From Fastidiosibacter lacustris (GTDB lineage: Bacteria; Pseudomonadota; Gammaproteobacteria; Francisellales; Francisellaceae), in assembly GCF_003428155.1 (NCBI RefSeq), contig NZ_QLIR01000016.1, forward strand, positions 9,412-41,411: a stretch of DNA of 32,000 bases, written 5' to 3'. The notes below the pieces were generated by a model. It had not been told where the DNA came from and made no database searches. It was given only the letters and a program-made list of their open reading frames with translations. The position numbers and the translations under genes were made by a program. Below are positions 19,497 through 27,738 of the stretch, piece after piece (within the stretch, counting starts at the first letter, position 1; every line of letters starts with the position of its first letter).

Positions 19497-20095
19497 TGAC
19501 TACATGGCGCCAATTACGCTTGATTTTACTTATGGTTTGTATCTTATCATTAACTGCTTGTACCCTATTTAAAACACGTGCAATTAACACACCTAGAGTA
19601 GAAGTGTTTAAAAACCAATGGATTACGCTACCAACGCCACAGATGCTGGATTTAGATTTCACTGCAACTCAAATTCTAAGTGCAACGTACAGCATTAAAG
19701 GCAAAGCAGAATCCTATATAACAGAAGTGCAAGTTGAAGTAGCACGCAATAAAATCGTTTTGGTTGCAGCAGCTGGTTGGGGAGGGTCGATATTTTCATT
19801 GTTATATGATGGTAAAACCATTGAAAGTAGTAGCTTACCGATGCCACATGCCGATATGGGAGTTAAGCAAAGTCTAATTGATTTTATTTTTACTTATGCT
19901 CCAACAAATGTATTAAAAACCATGCTTGCTGATAGCCACATAACTCTTGAGGTTGAACCCAACAGACGCTTATTCTATATTGGTACTCAGCTGGTCATGA
20001 AGATTGATTATCAAAATCAACAAGATTTATATTCAGTTGTGCACCTCTATAACTATCAATATCATTATCAAATTAAGATTAAGACGTTATTATAG
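19496..20095 (+). CDS. Hypothetical lipoprotein, translationally coupled to lpxL
   Basis: It has the signal peptide and lipobox LSLTAC. The ATG overlaps the lpxL TGA (TGATG), with GAAGGAG 7-8 nt upstream. It may be DUF3261-like, but I could not verify this by eye. Confidence 0.7.
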   Translation: MTTWRQLRLILLMVCILSLTACTLFKTRAINTPRVEVFKNQWITLPTPQMLDLDFTATQILSATYSIKGKAESYITEVQVEVARNKIVLVAAAGWGGSIFSLLYDGKTIESSSLPMPHADMGVKQSLIDFIFTYAPTNVLKTMLADSHITLEVEPNRRLFYIGTQLVMKIDYQNQQDLYSVVHLYNYQYHYQIKIKTLL

Positions 20096-20240
20096 ATGAA
20101 TGATTCCTTTGTTACATGCTTTGAAACTCAAGAGGGTATTTTTTGAATTTATTAGACATGAAATCTATGGATATATGGAGCATATAGAGTTATTTTAATT
20201 AACTTGTTGTTCAAATAGCTTTTGAGAAAGGAGAATCCAA

Positions 20241-21644
20241 ATGTTCAAATTTAGTGCAACTTATACCGATTTTTATCAATTGACAATGGCGCAATGCTAT
20301 TTTTTAGAAGGTAGAAAGTTTCAAACTGCCACTTTTGATTATTTTTTTCGTAAACATCCCTTTAATGGTGGTTATGCTATATTTGCCGGATTACAAAGCT
20401 TATTGGAGATATTGGATGGTTTTCTCTTTACCGAACAAGATTTGATATTTTTACAAAGACAAGGTTTTAATCAGCATTTTTTAAATTATTTACAAGATTT
20501 CAGTTTTCAAGGAGATATCTACTCATTCCAAGAAGGAGATATTGTTTTTCCCAATCAGCCAATTTTAACAGTTTGTGCGAATATTATTGAAGCCCAAATC
20601 GTTGAAACAATCCTTTTAAACGTCTTAAATTTTCAAACCTTGATTGCAACGAAAGCAAGTAGAATACGCCAAGTTGCCAAGGATAAACGGCTACTTGAAT
20701 TTGGTCTTCGACGTGCTCAAGGTCCTGGTGGTTTTTTTGCATCACGCGCCGCAATTATTGGGGGATTTGATGCTACAAGCAACGTTCAAGCAAGTCGAGT
20801 ACATAATATTCCCGTTGCTGGGACAATGGCGCATTCGTTTATTCAAAGCTATGAAAATGAGCTCGAAGCTTTTCGTCAATATGCAAAAAGTTTTCCTCAC
20901 AACACCACTTTATTGGTAGATACCTATAATACATTAAAAAGTGGAATTCCCAATGCAATTACAGTTGCCAAAGAAATGGAAAGCCAGGGGTTAAGACTAA
21001 AGGGTATTCGTTTGGACAGCGGTGATTTAGCATATTTATCAAAAAAAGCAAGGCACATGCTTGATACCGAAGACTTGCAATATGTTGGTATTACCGTATC
21101 TAATCAGTTAGATGAATCTGTTGTGAAAAGCTTAATCGAACAAGATGCACCTATTGATAGTTTTGGCATTGGGACGTCTTTGGCAATTGGTTACCCAGAT
21201 GCTGCTTTAGATGGTGTTTATAAATTGGCACAAATTGATGATCGTCTATGTATTAAGATTTCTGAAAGCATCACAAAAACCACTTTGCCAGGACATAAAC
21301 AAGTATACCGTCTTCTGGATCATAACAACCAGTTTTATGGTGGTGATGTTATAACGTTTTTTGATGAAAAATCGATTACCCAAATGCATCACCCATTTGA
21401 AGCTTTCAAGCATTTGAATATTGATGGTATTGCAAAAGAACCTTTATTACATAAAGTAATGCAGCAAGGGAAGGTTTTATCAAAACAGCAAGATTTAAAT
21501 ATGATTGCACAATATTGTCGTCAGCGTTTGTCACAACTGCCATCAGAATATAAACGAACAACAAACCCGCATTTATATAAAGTTGGAATGAGTGATGCCT
21601 TAAAACAAAAGCGTGATCAATTGATTGAGCAATATCATATATAG
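20241..21644 (+). CDS. pncB: Nicotinate phosphoribosyltransferase
   Basis: The product is 467 aa. TDFYQLTMAQ, EFGLRRAQG, GTMAHSFIQ, LLVDTYNT and IRLDSGDL are the NAPRTase family motifs. A GGAG RBS precedes the start. Confidence 0.9.
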   Translation: MFKFSATYTDFYQLTMAQCYFLEGRKFQTATFDYFFRKHPFNGGYAIFAGLQSLLEILDGFLFTEQDLIFLQRQGFNQHFLNYLQDFSFQGDIYSFQEGDIVFPNQPILTVCANIIEAQIVETILLNVLNFQTLIATKASRIRQVAKDKRLLEFGLRRAQGPGGFFASRAAIIGGFDATSNVQASRVHNIPVAGTMAHSFIQSYENELEAFRQYAKSFPHNTTLLVDTYNTLKSGIPNAITVAKEMESQGLRLKGIRLDSGDLAYLSKKARHMLDTEDLQYVGITVSNQLDESVVKSLIEQDAPIDSFGIGTSLAIGYPDAALDGVYKLAQIDDRLCIKISESITKTTLPGHKQVYRLLDHNNQFYGGDVITFFDEKSITQMHHPFEAFKHLNIDGIAKEPLLHKVMQQGKVLSKQQDLNMIAQYCRQRLSQLPSEYKRTTNPHLYKVGMSDALKQKRDQLIEQYHI

Positions 21645-21829
21645 CCATCGCCTCACCCTAACACATGGTGTAAACAAGCTTACGTTTACATTCCCTAACG
21701 ATTCCTAATTTGTAATCTACTACATACAGCTTGATACATAAGATAGATATTTTCTTGCGCAAAATTCTGTTAACTTCAATTTTCTGCTTGCTCGGCAAGA
21801 CTTTCCAACAGAAATATAAGGTGAACTTT

Positions 21830-23614
21830 ATGCAGAATTTTGGTCGTTTGATCTTTTTTGTTTCTCTTTTTTTTATATCTTTAGTCAAATATGCAAATTC
21901 TAATGACTTGAGCCTTGATAACTCAACTATCTTCGATTATGGATGCAAGGAACAAAACAATTCAAAATTTAAAGTCATAGTAGAAAAATATGAGCGTCAG
22001 CTGTTTTCATTATATGAAAAATGTACTCACATAAATCTTATACGCTCCAATGACCCTAATGTAATAATATCGAACTTTGAGAACGCCTTAGAGAAGAAAG
22101 ACATATGCCATGTGTCAACGCACGATATAAAAAAAATGATTTTAGATCGAGGGTATTCGGAAATCACAATGTTGCATATAGCAGCACTATTTCCAAAACA
22201 TAAACTCTATGAAGAAATTTTAAATTTAATAAGATTAGATGCTGATGCAATTGAAGATATAACAGGGGCAACGCCAGAAGATATTAGAAATTTAGTTTTT
22301 ATTGATACTTCAAAAATTGGTCAGGTAGAAGATGGTGTACTTTATAGTAATCACATTAAAAAATCATGTTCTGATATTATTGATAGCTGGCATAGTAATT
22401 ATACTAATATAATTTATGATTTAAATAATGTGCTATCTAAAAATTTTGGGTTAAATTATCAACTAAAGTTAAATAACGAATCGCTCAAGGAAATTTGTAT
22501 AAATCACAATATCTGTTTATTTTTACCGAATAAAAAACAAAGAAAAAAAATGCAACCAAAGTTAGAGCATTTATTTAAAGACGAGAGGGAATATACAACG
22601 ATAGAAACTTTTTACACCACTCATTCCAATACAAAAATCAAAGGTAGTTTTGCGTTGCAGGATATATCTCCTGGTGAGGTAATTCTGGAATATCCTGGTA
22701 AATCCAGCTCATTGACTGAGTACGAGACTGAAGATTCAAGCAGAGAGTATTCGTATGCTTATCAAAATGGAAACAAGATTAGGGGTATTGCTTCATATAT
22801 AAATGACTGTACCCCAAATGTAACAAAGATTGACGTATTATATAAGGGTGCTATCAGGGGGGTGATGGTGGCAATAGATACGATAAAGCAAGGAGAACAG
22901 TTATGCTCAGACTATGGTATGCATGATATAAAAAGGTTGAGATATGAAAACTTTAATGAGAAAAGGTTAGACTCAATAATGAGCAACCCTGAGACATGGC
23001 GTAAATTAAATAAATATGTGAGTAATGGCTCGGATAGTGCTCACATATCAACTGATAACTATGATCCTCTTGTTCGTTTATTACTTAATGAAGGGGAACA
23101 AGACTTAGAGTCGATCTATAATCGCTCCCTTTTAGTCCATATTTTAAATAGCCCATATGTTCTTTTAAATCTATTGCTTAATAAACAAATAACCCGTTAC
23201 CAATTAAGACTACTAGACGTAAGGATCTCTCCTCAATTAATGTTAAATTATTATCATATAAACTATTTAAACCTACTCTTCAATTTGTCTGATTATTTTT
23301 TAAAAGAAAAAGAAAAGACGGGTAAAATTGAAGAACAAAATTCTGTACATCGAAGTTTTAAATGGCTTTTAAAAAAAGCGATGCCAATGAATTTTGTACT
23401 GAGCTACCTTAACTTCCTCAACCACAATGACTTCTTTATTACAATAGAAGAAAAACACCAAAAGGAAGAAAATCTAATAGAAACTGCTATTGGTATGCAA
23501 CAGGTCTTTCTTGCTAATAGTCGACTTGATAATAGTTATAAGCAGTATATACGAGAAGTTAATTTTAACGATATGTTTAATGAATCGCCTATTGCACCGA
23601 AAGATGACTTATAA
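21830..23614 (+). CDS. Eukaryote-like SET-domain protein (putative protein-lysine methyltransferase) with an ankyrin-like repeat and a Sec-type N-terminus
   Basis: SET signatures occur in canonical order: IKGSFALQDISPGEVILEYPGK, YINDCTPNV (consensus NHSCxPN) and GEQLCSDYG (consensus GEELxxDY). An ankyrin-like repeat TMLHIAAL...DADAIEDITGATPEDI lies upstream. The ATG at 21830 has AAGGTGA 7 nt upstream, so I preferred it to the TTG track start at 21731. Confidence 0.8.
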   Translation: MQNFGRLIFFVSLFFISLVKYANSNDLSLDNSTIFDYGCKEQNNSKFKVIVEKYERQLFSLYEKCTHINLIRSNDPNVIISNFENALEKKDICHVSTHDIKKMILDRGYSEITMLHIAALFPKHKLYEEILNLIRLDADAIEDITGATPEDIRNLVFIDTSKIGQVEDGVLYSNHIKKSCSDIIDSWHSNYTNIIYDLNNVLSKNFGLNYQLKLNNESLKEICINHNICLFLPNKKQRKKMQPKLEHLFKDEREYTTIETFYTTHSNTKIKGSFALQDISPGEVILEYPGKSSSLTEYETEDSSREYSYAYQNGNKIRGIASYINDCTPNVTKIDVLYKGAIRGVMVAIDTIKQGEQLCSDYGMHDIKRLRYENFNEKRLDSIMSNPETWRKLNKYVSNGSDSAHISTDNYDPLVRLLLNEGEQDLESIYNRSLLVHILNSPYVLLNLLLNKQITRYQLRLLDVRISPQLMLNYYHINYLNLLFNLSDYFLKEKEKTGKIEEQNSVHRSFKWLLKKAMPMNFVLSYLNFLNHNDFFITIEEKHQKEENLIETAIGMQQVFLANSRLDNSYKQYIREVNFNDMFNESPIAPKDDL

Positions 23615-23724
23615 ATTTGGTGTTTATCGTAAGATGTCACCTATCGCTCATTGTGCGAGCCTGAAAGCCTTCATAACATTATCCATCTGAAGTTAAACCA
23701 ATAAGGTTATCAAGGGCATTCCCG

Positions 23725-24390
23725 ATGAGAGTTTTTAAAAACCGTGCCGATGCAGGACAACAATTAGCTGAAAAATTATTAAGTTACCAAAACAAAAAGG
23801 ATGTTTTGGTTTTAGCTTTGCCTCGTGGAGGAGTCCCCGTTGCGTTTGAAATTGCAAATATATTGCATGTGCCAATGAGTGTTGTTCTTGTCAGAAAATT
23901 AGGTATCCCTGGACAGGAAGAACTCGCTATGGGTGCTGTTTCTGAAGGTAACGTTCGTATCCTCAATCAAGAGTTAATCCAACACCTTAATATTAGTGAA
24001 AAACAGATTCAACACGTGTTGCAAAAAGAACAACAAGAATTGGCTCGACGCTTACAACGTTATCGTCAGGGGAAACCATTACTTAAATTAAATAACAAAA
24101 CTATTATTTTAGTTGATGATGGTATTGCTACAGGCGCTACCTTTAAAGCTGCCATTCAAGCGTTAAAAACTTCAAACCCTAAAAAATTAGTTATCGCAAC
24201 ACCTGTCGCAAGTCATAGTAGTTTTCAAGAAATTACTTCATTAGTCGATGAATCCGTTTGTTTAGTTACCCCAGAACCTTTTTACGGCGTTGGACAATGG
24301 TATCAACGCTTTGATCAAATCAGTGATGAAGAAGTTTTAAATTTACTTCAAACCTCACCTGTGAAATTCGATCATTTAGAGCAAAAATAA
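23725..24390 (+). CDS. Phosphoribosyltransferase-family protein (COG1926-type, substrate unknown)
   Basis: It has the PRPP-binding loop IILVDDGIATGAT and the N-terminal LALPRGGVPVA motif, both typical of type I PRTases. Confidence 0.85.
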   Translation: MRVFKNRADAGQQLAEKLLSYQNKKDVLVLALPRGGVPVAFEIANILHVPMSVVLVRKLGIPGQEELAMGAVSEGNVRILNQELIQHLNISEKQIQHVLQKEQQELARRLQRYRQGKPLLKLNNKTIILVDDGIATGATFKAAIQALKTSNPKKLVIATPVASHSSFQEITSLVDESVCLVTPEPFYGVGQWYQRFDQISDEEVLNLLQTSPVKFDHLEQK

Positions 24391-24417
24391 ATATGGTAAG
24401 ACATATGCGTCTTGCAT

Positions 24418-25479
24418 TTAACGCTTGAAATAATCATCACTTTGCATTGCCTGCAAGCGGCTTTTCGTACGTTGAAACTCAAACTTTAAACGTTCACCTT
24501 GATATATGTCATCGAAATGCCTATCTGCTGAGATAATCACATACTTTCCTTCATCATAAAATTCATCAATCATAGCGATAAAACGCCTTGTTTCGCTTTC
24601 AAACTTTGTCGTCAAAATAGGCATCTCACTGATAAAAATATAATCAAAACGCTTAGCAAGTGCGATGTAGTCATTGACACCACGTGTATCACCACAAATG
24701 GCAAAAAAATCAAACCAAATCATTTGTTCATCGACTGCTTTGACCCTGACCAAGCGATCTTCAAGAATAATTTCAGTGTCATAGATTGCGAAGGAAGATG
24801 CCTGTTTTTTGAATAGTAAAGTTAAGGTACTTGTTCCCTGAGTAAGTGGATAAAAATAACGTTGTACACTTTGCAAGATTTGTTGGCGATAATCTACTCC
24901 TGAATCGAGATTGAACACTTCCACATGTTCAGTAAGTGCGTTTATTGCAGGCAAGAAAAGTTCGCGTTGCAATCCTCCTTGATAAAGCCTTTCAGGCGGA
25001 ATATTCGAAGTAGTAACAAGGGTGACATCAAGACTAAAAAGCATTTTAAAAAGATTGCCTAAGATCATAGCATCGGCAATATCTTCAACAAAAAATTCAT
25101 CGAAACAGATGACTTTTGATTGTTTGGCAATGTCCTTGGCAGTCTCATAAAGCGGATTCTTCTGACCTTGAAATTGTTTTAATAAGGTGTGAACTTCTTT
25201 CATGAAGTGATTGAAATGCTGGCGGCGCTTAGACGATAAGATGAGAGACTCATAAAACAAATCCATAATAAAAGTTTTACCACGCCCAACACCTCCCCAC
25301 ATATATAACCCTTTGACTGATTGCACTTTTTTTCTAAACAATGACCACCTGTTTTTTTGGTTTACATTATTTAAAATGTTCCCAATGCTTTCCAGTTTCT
25401 CTATTGCTTGCAATTGAAGACTATCTTGTTGGAAGTTTTGTATTGTAATGTATTCTTGATAACGATCAATAAGGCTCAT
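24418..25479 (-). CDS. zapE: Cell division protein ZapE (AFG1-like ATPase)
   Basis: It has the Walker A motif GGVGRGKT and the Walker B motif ICFDEFFVEDIADAM. The 353 aa size and colinearity fit ZapE/YhcM. Confidence 0.9.
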   Translation of the reverse strand: MSLIDRYQEYITIQNFQQDSLQLQAIEKLESIGNILNNVNQKNRWSLFRKKVQSVKGLYMWGGVGRGKTFIMDLFYESLILSSKRRQHFNHFMKEVHTLLKQFQGQKNPLYETAKDIAKQSKVICFDEFFVEDIADAMILGNLFKMLFSLDVTLVTTSNIPPERLYQGGLQRELFLPAINALTEHVEVFNLDSGVDYRQQILQSVQRYFYPLTQGTSTLTLLFKKQASSFAIYDTEIILEDRLVRVKAVDEQMIWFDFFAICGDTRGVNDYIALAKRFDYIFISEMPILTTKFESETRRFIAMIDEFYDEGKYVIISADRHFDDIYQGERLKFEFQRTKSRLQAMQSDDYFKR

Positions 25480-25487
25480 ATAAACAA

Positions 25488-26804
25488 TTAAACTGTTTGT
25501 TCAAATTCATTGTCTTTATCTTTGACAAAACACAATAAGATAAAGGCTAATACCATACTCAAGGTAAGGATGGAGAACGCCATATGATAAGAGGAAACCG
25601 CAAAATGCTTAACGGCATTAACAGGTACCATGCCTTGAGCATAATGGATGACTTGACCTGTACTGTTGATATAATCACCCGTCCATGTCAACTCTAAGAA
25701 GTATCCAATCAGTGGGTCGAAGATTGCACCTAACACAGGCTCACCTGTATTGATAAGCGCTGCGACTGTTGCAGTAACAGCAAGTGAGTTGATGCGTCTA
25801 CCAATGGCAAAAGTTAGCATATATATACCTAAGCAAAAACCAAATACAAACAAACAAATGGATGAAATTAGAGGTGAGGTTTTAAAAGTCAACACAATCG
25901 CAAGACTAATAGTTGCAACAACGTGAAAGCTTAGCATTAACTTTTTGGTATTAAAGTTCTCAGAAAGCTTACCAATGATAGGAGAACCAATCGCCATGCC
26001 CAAGAAAATCATCGAAATTATTCCTGCTGCATATTCGGTTGAGACTTGATATTGCTCTTTGAAATAATTATTTCCCCATAGACCGGCAAAAGCATCAATT
26101 GCAGTAAAGCTTAAGCCAGAATAAAGTGTAAGTAACCAATTATCACGATTAGTGAGTACAGTTTTAATCGAAGACCATTTTAAGCTTACGCCTTCAGAAA
26201 ATAATACTTTTTGCTTTGGGTTATGATCACGAACAATCAGAAAATATAAAATTGCACCAACAATACCAATACAAGCACAAATGGCAAGAGCCTTATGCCA
26301 CGATCCAGTGGAGCTAATTAAATAAGATAGCGGCGCTTGACCCACAATGGCACCTAACATGGCAGCAGTTGCTAGAAAACTTGCAACAAAGGCAAATTGC
26401 TTAGGTGAAAACCATACCGAAGTTGCTTTGATGTAACTGACGGTTGCAAAAGAAATACCCACACCAATCATGATCCGACCAATATAAGCTAACGGTAAGT
26501 TGCTAATATCTGCGGCATAGACAAAAAGTAAAAGACCACAAGCCGAAGTCATCAATGACAAGGCGCTAATGAGTCTAAAACCAAATCGATCCAAAATAAC
26601 GCCAGAAAATAATTGCGTAATGACAATTGTCCAAAAGGTAATCGCAACAAGCGAGCCGGCTTCGGAAGCCGAAATACTAAAGGATGACATAATATCATTG
26701 GCGATAAGTCCTGGAAAAACTTGCATGATATATTTGTAAAACAATAAGAATGCGCTAAACAACACAATTAAGATAACATAGCCTTTTATTTTATGAATAG
26801 ACAT
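25488..26804 (-). CDS. MFS transporter (12 TM, substrate unknown)
   Basis: It has about 12 hydrophobic helices, and the MFS loop 2-3 motif GVILDRFGFR. Confidence 0.88.
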   Translation of the reverse strand: MSIHKIKGYVILIVLFSAFLLFYKYIMQVFPGLIANDIMSSFSISASEAGSLVAITFWTIVITQLFSGVILDRFGFRLISALSLMTSACGLLLFVYAADISNLPLAYIGRIMIGVGISFATVSYIKATSVWFSPKQFAFVASFLATAAMLGAIVGQAPLSYLISSTGSWHKALAICACIGIVGAILYFLIVRDHNPKQKVLFSEGVSLKWSSIKTVLTNRDNWLLTLYSGLSFTAIDAFAGLWGNNYFKEQYQVSTEYAAGIISMIFLGMAIGSPIIGKLSENFNTKKLMLSFHVVATISLAIVLTFKTSPLISSICLFVFGFCLGIYMLTFAIGRRINSLAVTATVAALINTGEPVLGAIFDPLIGYFLELTWTGDYINSTGQVIHYAQGMVPVNAVKHFAVSSYHMAFSILTLSMVLAFILLCFVKDKDNEFEQTV

Positions 26805-26940
26805 AAAGCAAACAGTTTAAATTTGTAATTCATTGATAACCAACATCTTAACCGTTTAAATGACAAAATAAAGAAATAATTTTAGTCATGACTGATTAAA
26901 GAAAACTCAGTGAATTTTTATTGGAATGATGGGTATTTTA

Positions 26941-26969
26941 TTGACCAATAATTTTTTTTCGCTTAGAAT
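26941..26969 (+). promoter_or_regulatory. Putative sigma70 promoter of rpmH-rnpA-yidD-yidC
   Basis: TTGACC (26941-26946), an exactly 17-nt spacer, then TAGAAT (26964-26969), about 70 nt upstream of the rpmH ATG. Confidence 0.5.
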
Positions 26970-27041
26970 CTGCGCTTTGCACAAATAGCATTACATACTT
27001 TTATACTTTAATTTTAAATAATCTAAACGAGGATAATAAAT

Positions 27042-27176
27042 ATGAAAAGAACGTTTCAACCAAGCAACTTAAAAAGAAAAAGAACGCATGGCTTTCGTGC
27101 GCGCATGAAAACTTTAAGTGGTCAAAAAGTATTGCGTAATAGGCGTGCTAAAGGCAGACATAAGCTTGCCGCTTAA
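27042..27176 (+). CDS. rpmH: 50S ribosomal protein L34
   Basis: This gene is not in the ORF track because it is too short. My translation is [44 protein letters not shown] (44 aa), the universal L34 sequence. A GAGGA RBS precedes it. Confidence 0.95.
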   Translation: MKRTFQPSNLKRKRTHGFRARMKTLSGQKVLRNRRAKGRHKLAA

Positions 27177-27513
27177 TGCACTTAAAAAAGAAAACATATT
27201 AAATGCCAAGCGATTTAATCTTGGCTTTTCACGCATCTGCCAAAAAATTCATACCAAACATTTTTCTTATCTTATCGCTCAAGGCGAAGACCTTAGCACA
27301 AGCATCGGTATTATCGCTGGTAAAAAGAAAGTAAAAACAGCAGTTAAACGCAATTTATGCCGACGCTTAAATAAGGAAATGTTTCGTCATAACAAAGCTA
27401 AATTTACCAACACAATGTTAATCGTCATTGTAAGCCAACATGCAGATGCAGCAACGAAGGAAGATTTATGGTGTTCTATCAACAGTTTTCTCGCACAATA
27501 CGCACAATTATAG
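27166..27513 (+). CDS. rnpA: Ribonuclease P protein component
   Basis: It is a basic protein with the conserved RNR-like motif [19 protein letters not shown], located immediately after rpmH. There is no in-frame ATG near the 5' end. Candidate starts are TTG 27166 (used here) and GTG 27118, so the start is uncertain. Confidence 0.8.
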   Translation: MPLNALKKENILNAKRFNLGFSRICQKIHTKHFSYLIAQGEDLSTSIGIIAGKKKVKTAVKRNLCRRLNKEMFRHNKAKFTNTMLIVIVSQHADAATKEDLWCSINSFLAQYAQL

Positions 27514-27734
27514 CACTACCTTTTATTGTACTTATTCGTAGCTACCAGATATTTATTAGCCCCTTATTAGGGATGCGTTGTCGTTTTTACCCTAGTTGTT
27601 CGCAATATGCACTAGAAGCAATTAAATTGCATGGTTTACTGATTGGGCTTTGGCTAATTACAAAAAGGCTGATAAAATGCCACCCAGCCTGTCAAGGCGG
27701 ATATGATCCAGTACCAAAGAAAGAAAAGGTTTAA
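27468..27734 (+). CDS. yidD: Membrane protein insertion efficiency factor YidD
   Basis: [31 protein letters not shown]...[13 protein letters not shown] is the YidD signature. It overlaps the rnpA 3' end. Confidence 0.9.
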   Translation: MVFYQQFSRTIRTIIALPFIVLIRSYQIFISPLLGMRCRFYPSCSQYALEAIKLHGLLIGLWLITKRLIKCHPACQGGYDPVPKKEKV

Positions 27735-27738
27735 ACTC

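Noticed and set aside
21731-21829. Upstream TTG-initiated extension of the SET ORF (the track start at 21731).
   Set aside because: It uses a non-ATG start with no RBS. The ATG at 21830 has AAGGTGA at proper spacing and yields a sensible signal-peptide-like N-terminus.
24397-24414. Small hairpin (taagac-N6-gtcttg) between the convergent PRTase and zapE genes, as a bidirectional terminator.
   Set aside because: The stem is only 6 bp including a wobble pair, and there is no flanking T or A run. It is too weak to call.
26805-27041. A possible oriC or DnaA-box cluster upstream of rpmH.
   Set aside because: I found no TTATCCACA or TGTGGATAA boxes or AT-rich 13-mer array by eye. Only a good sigma70 promoter is evident, and dnaA is not adjacent.
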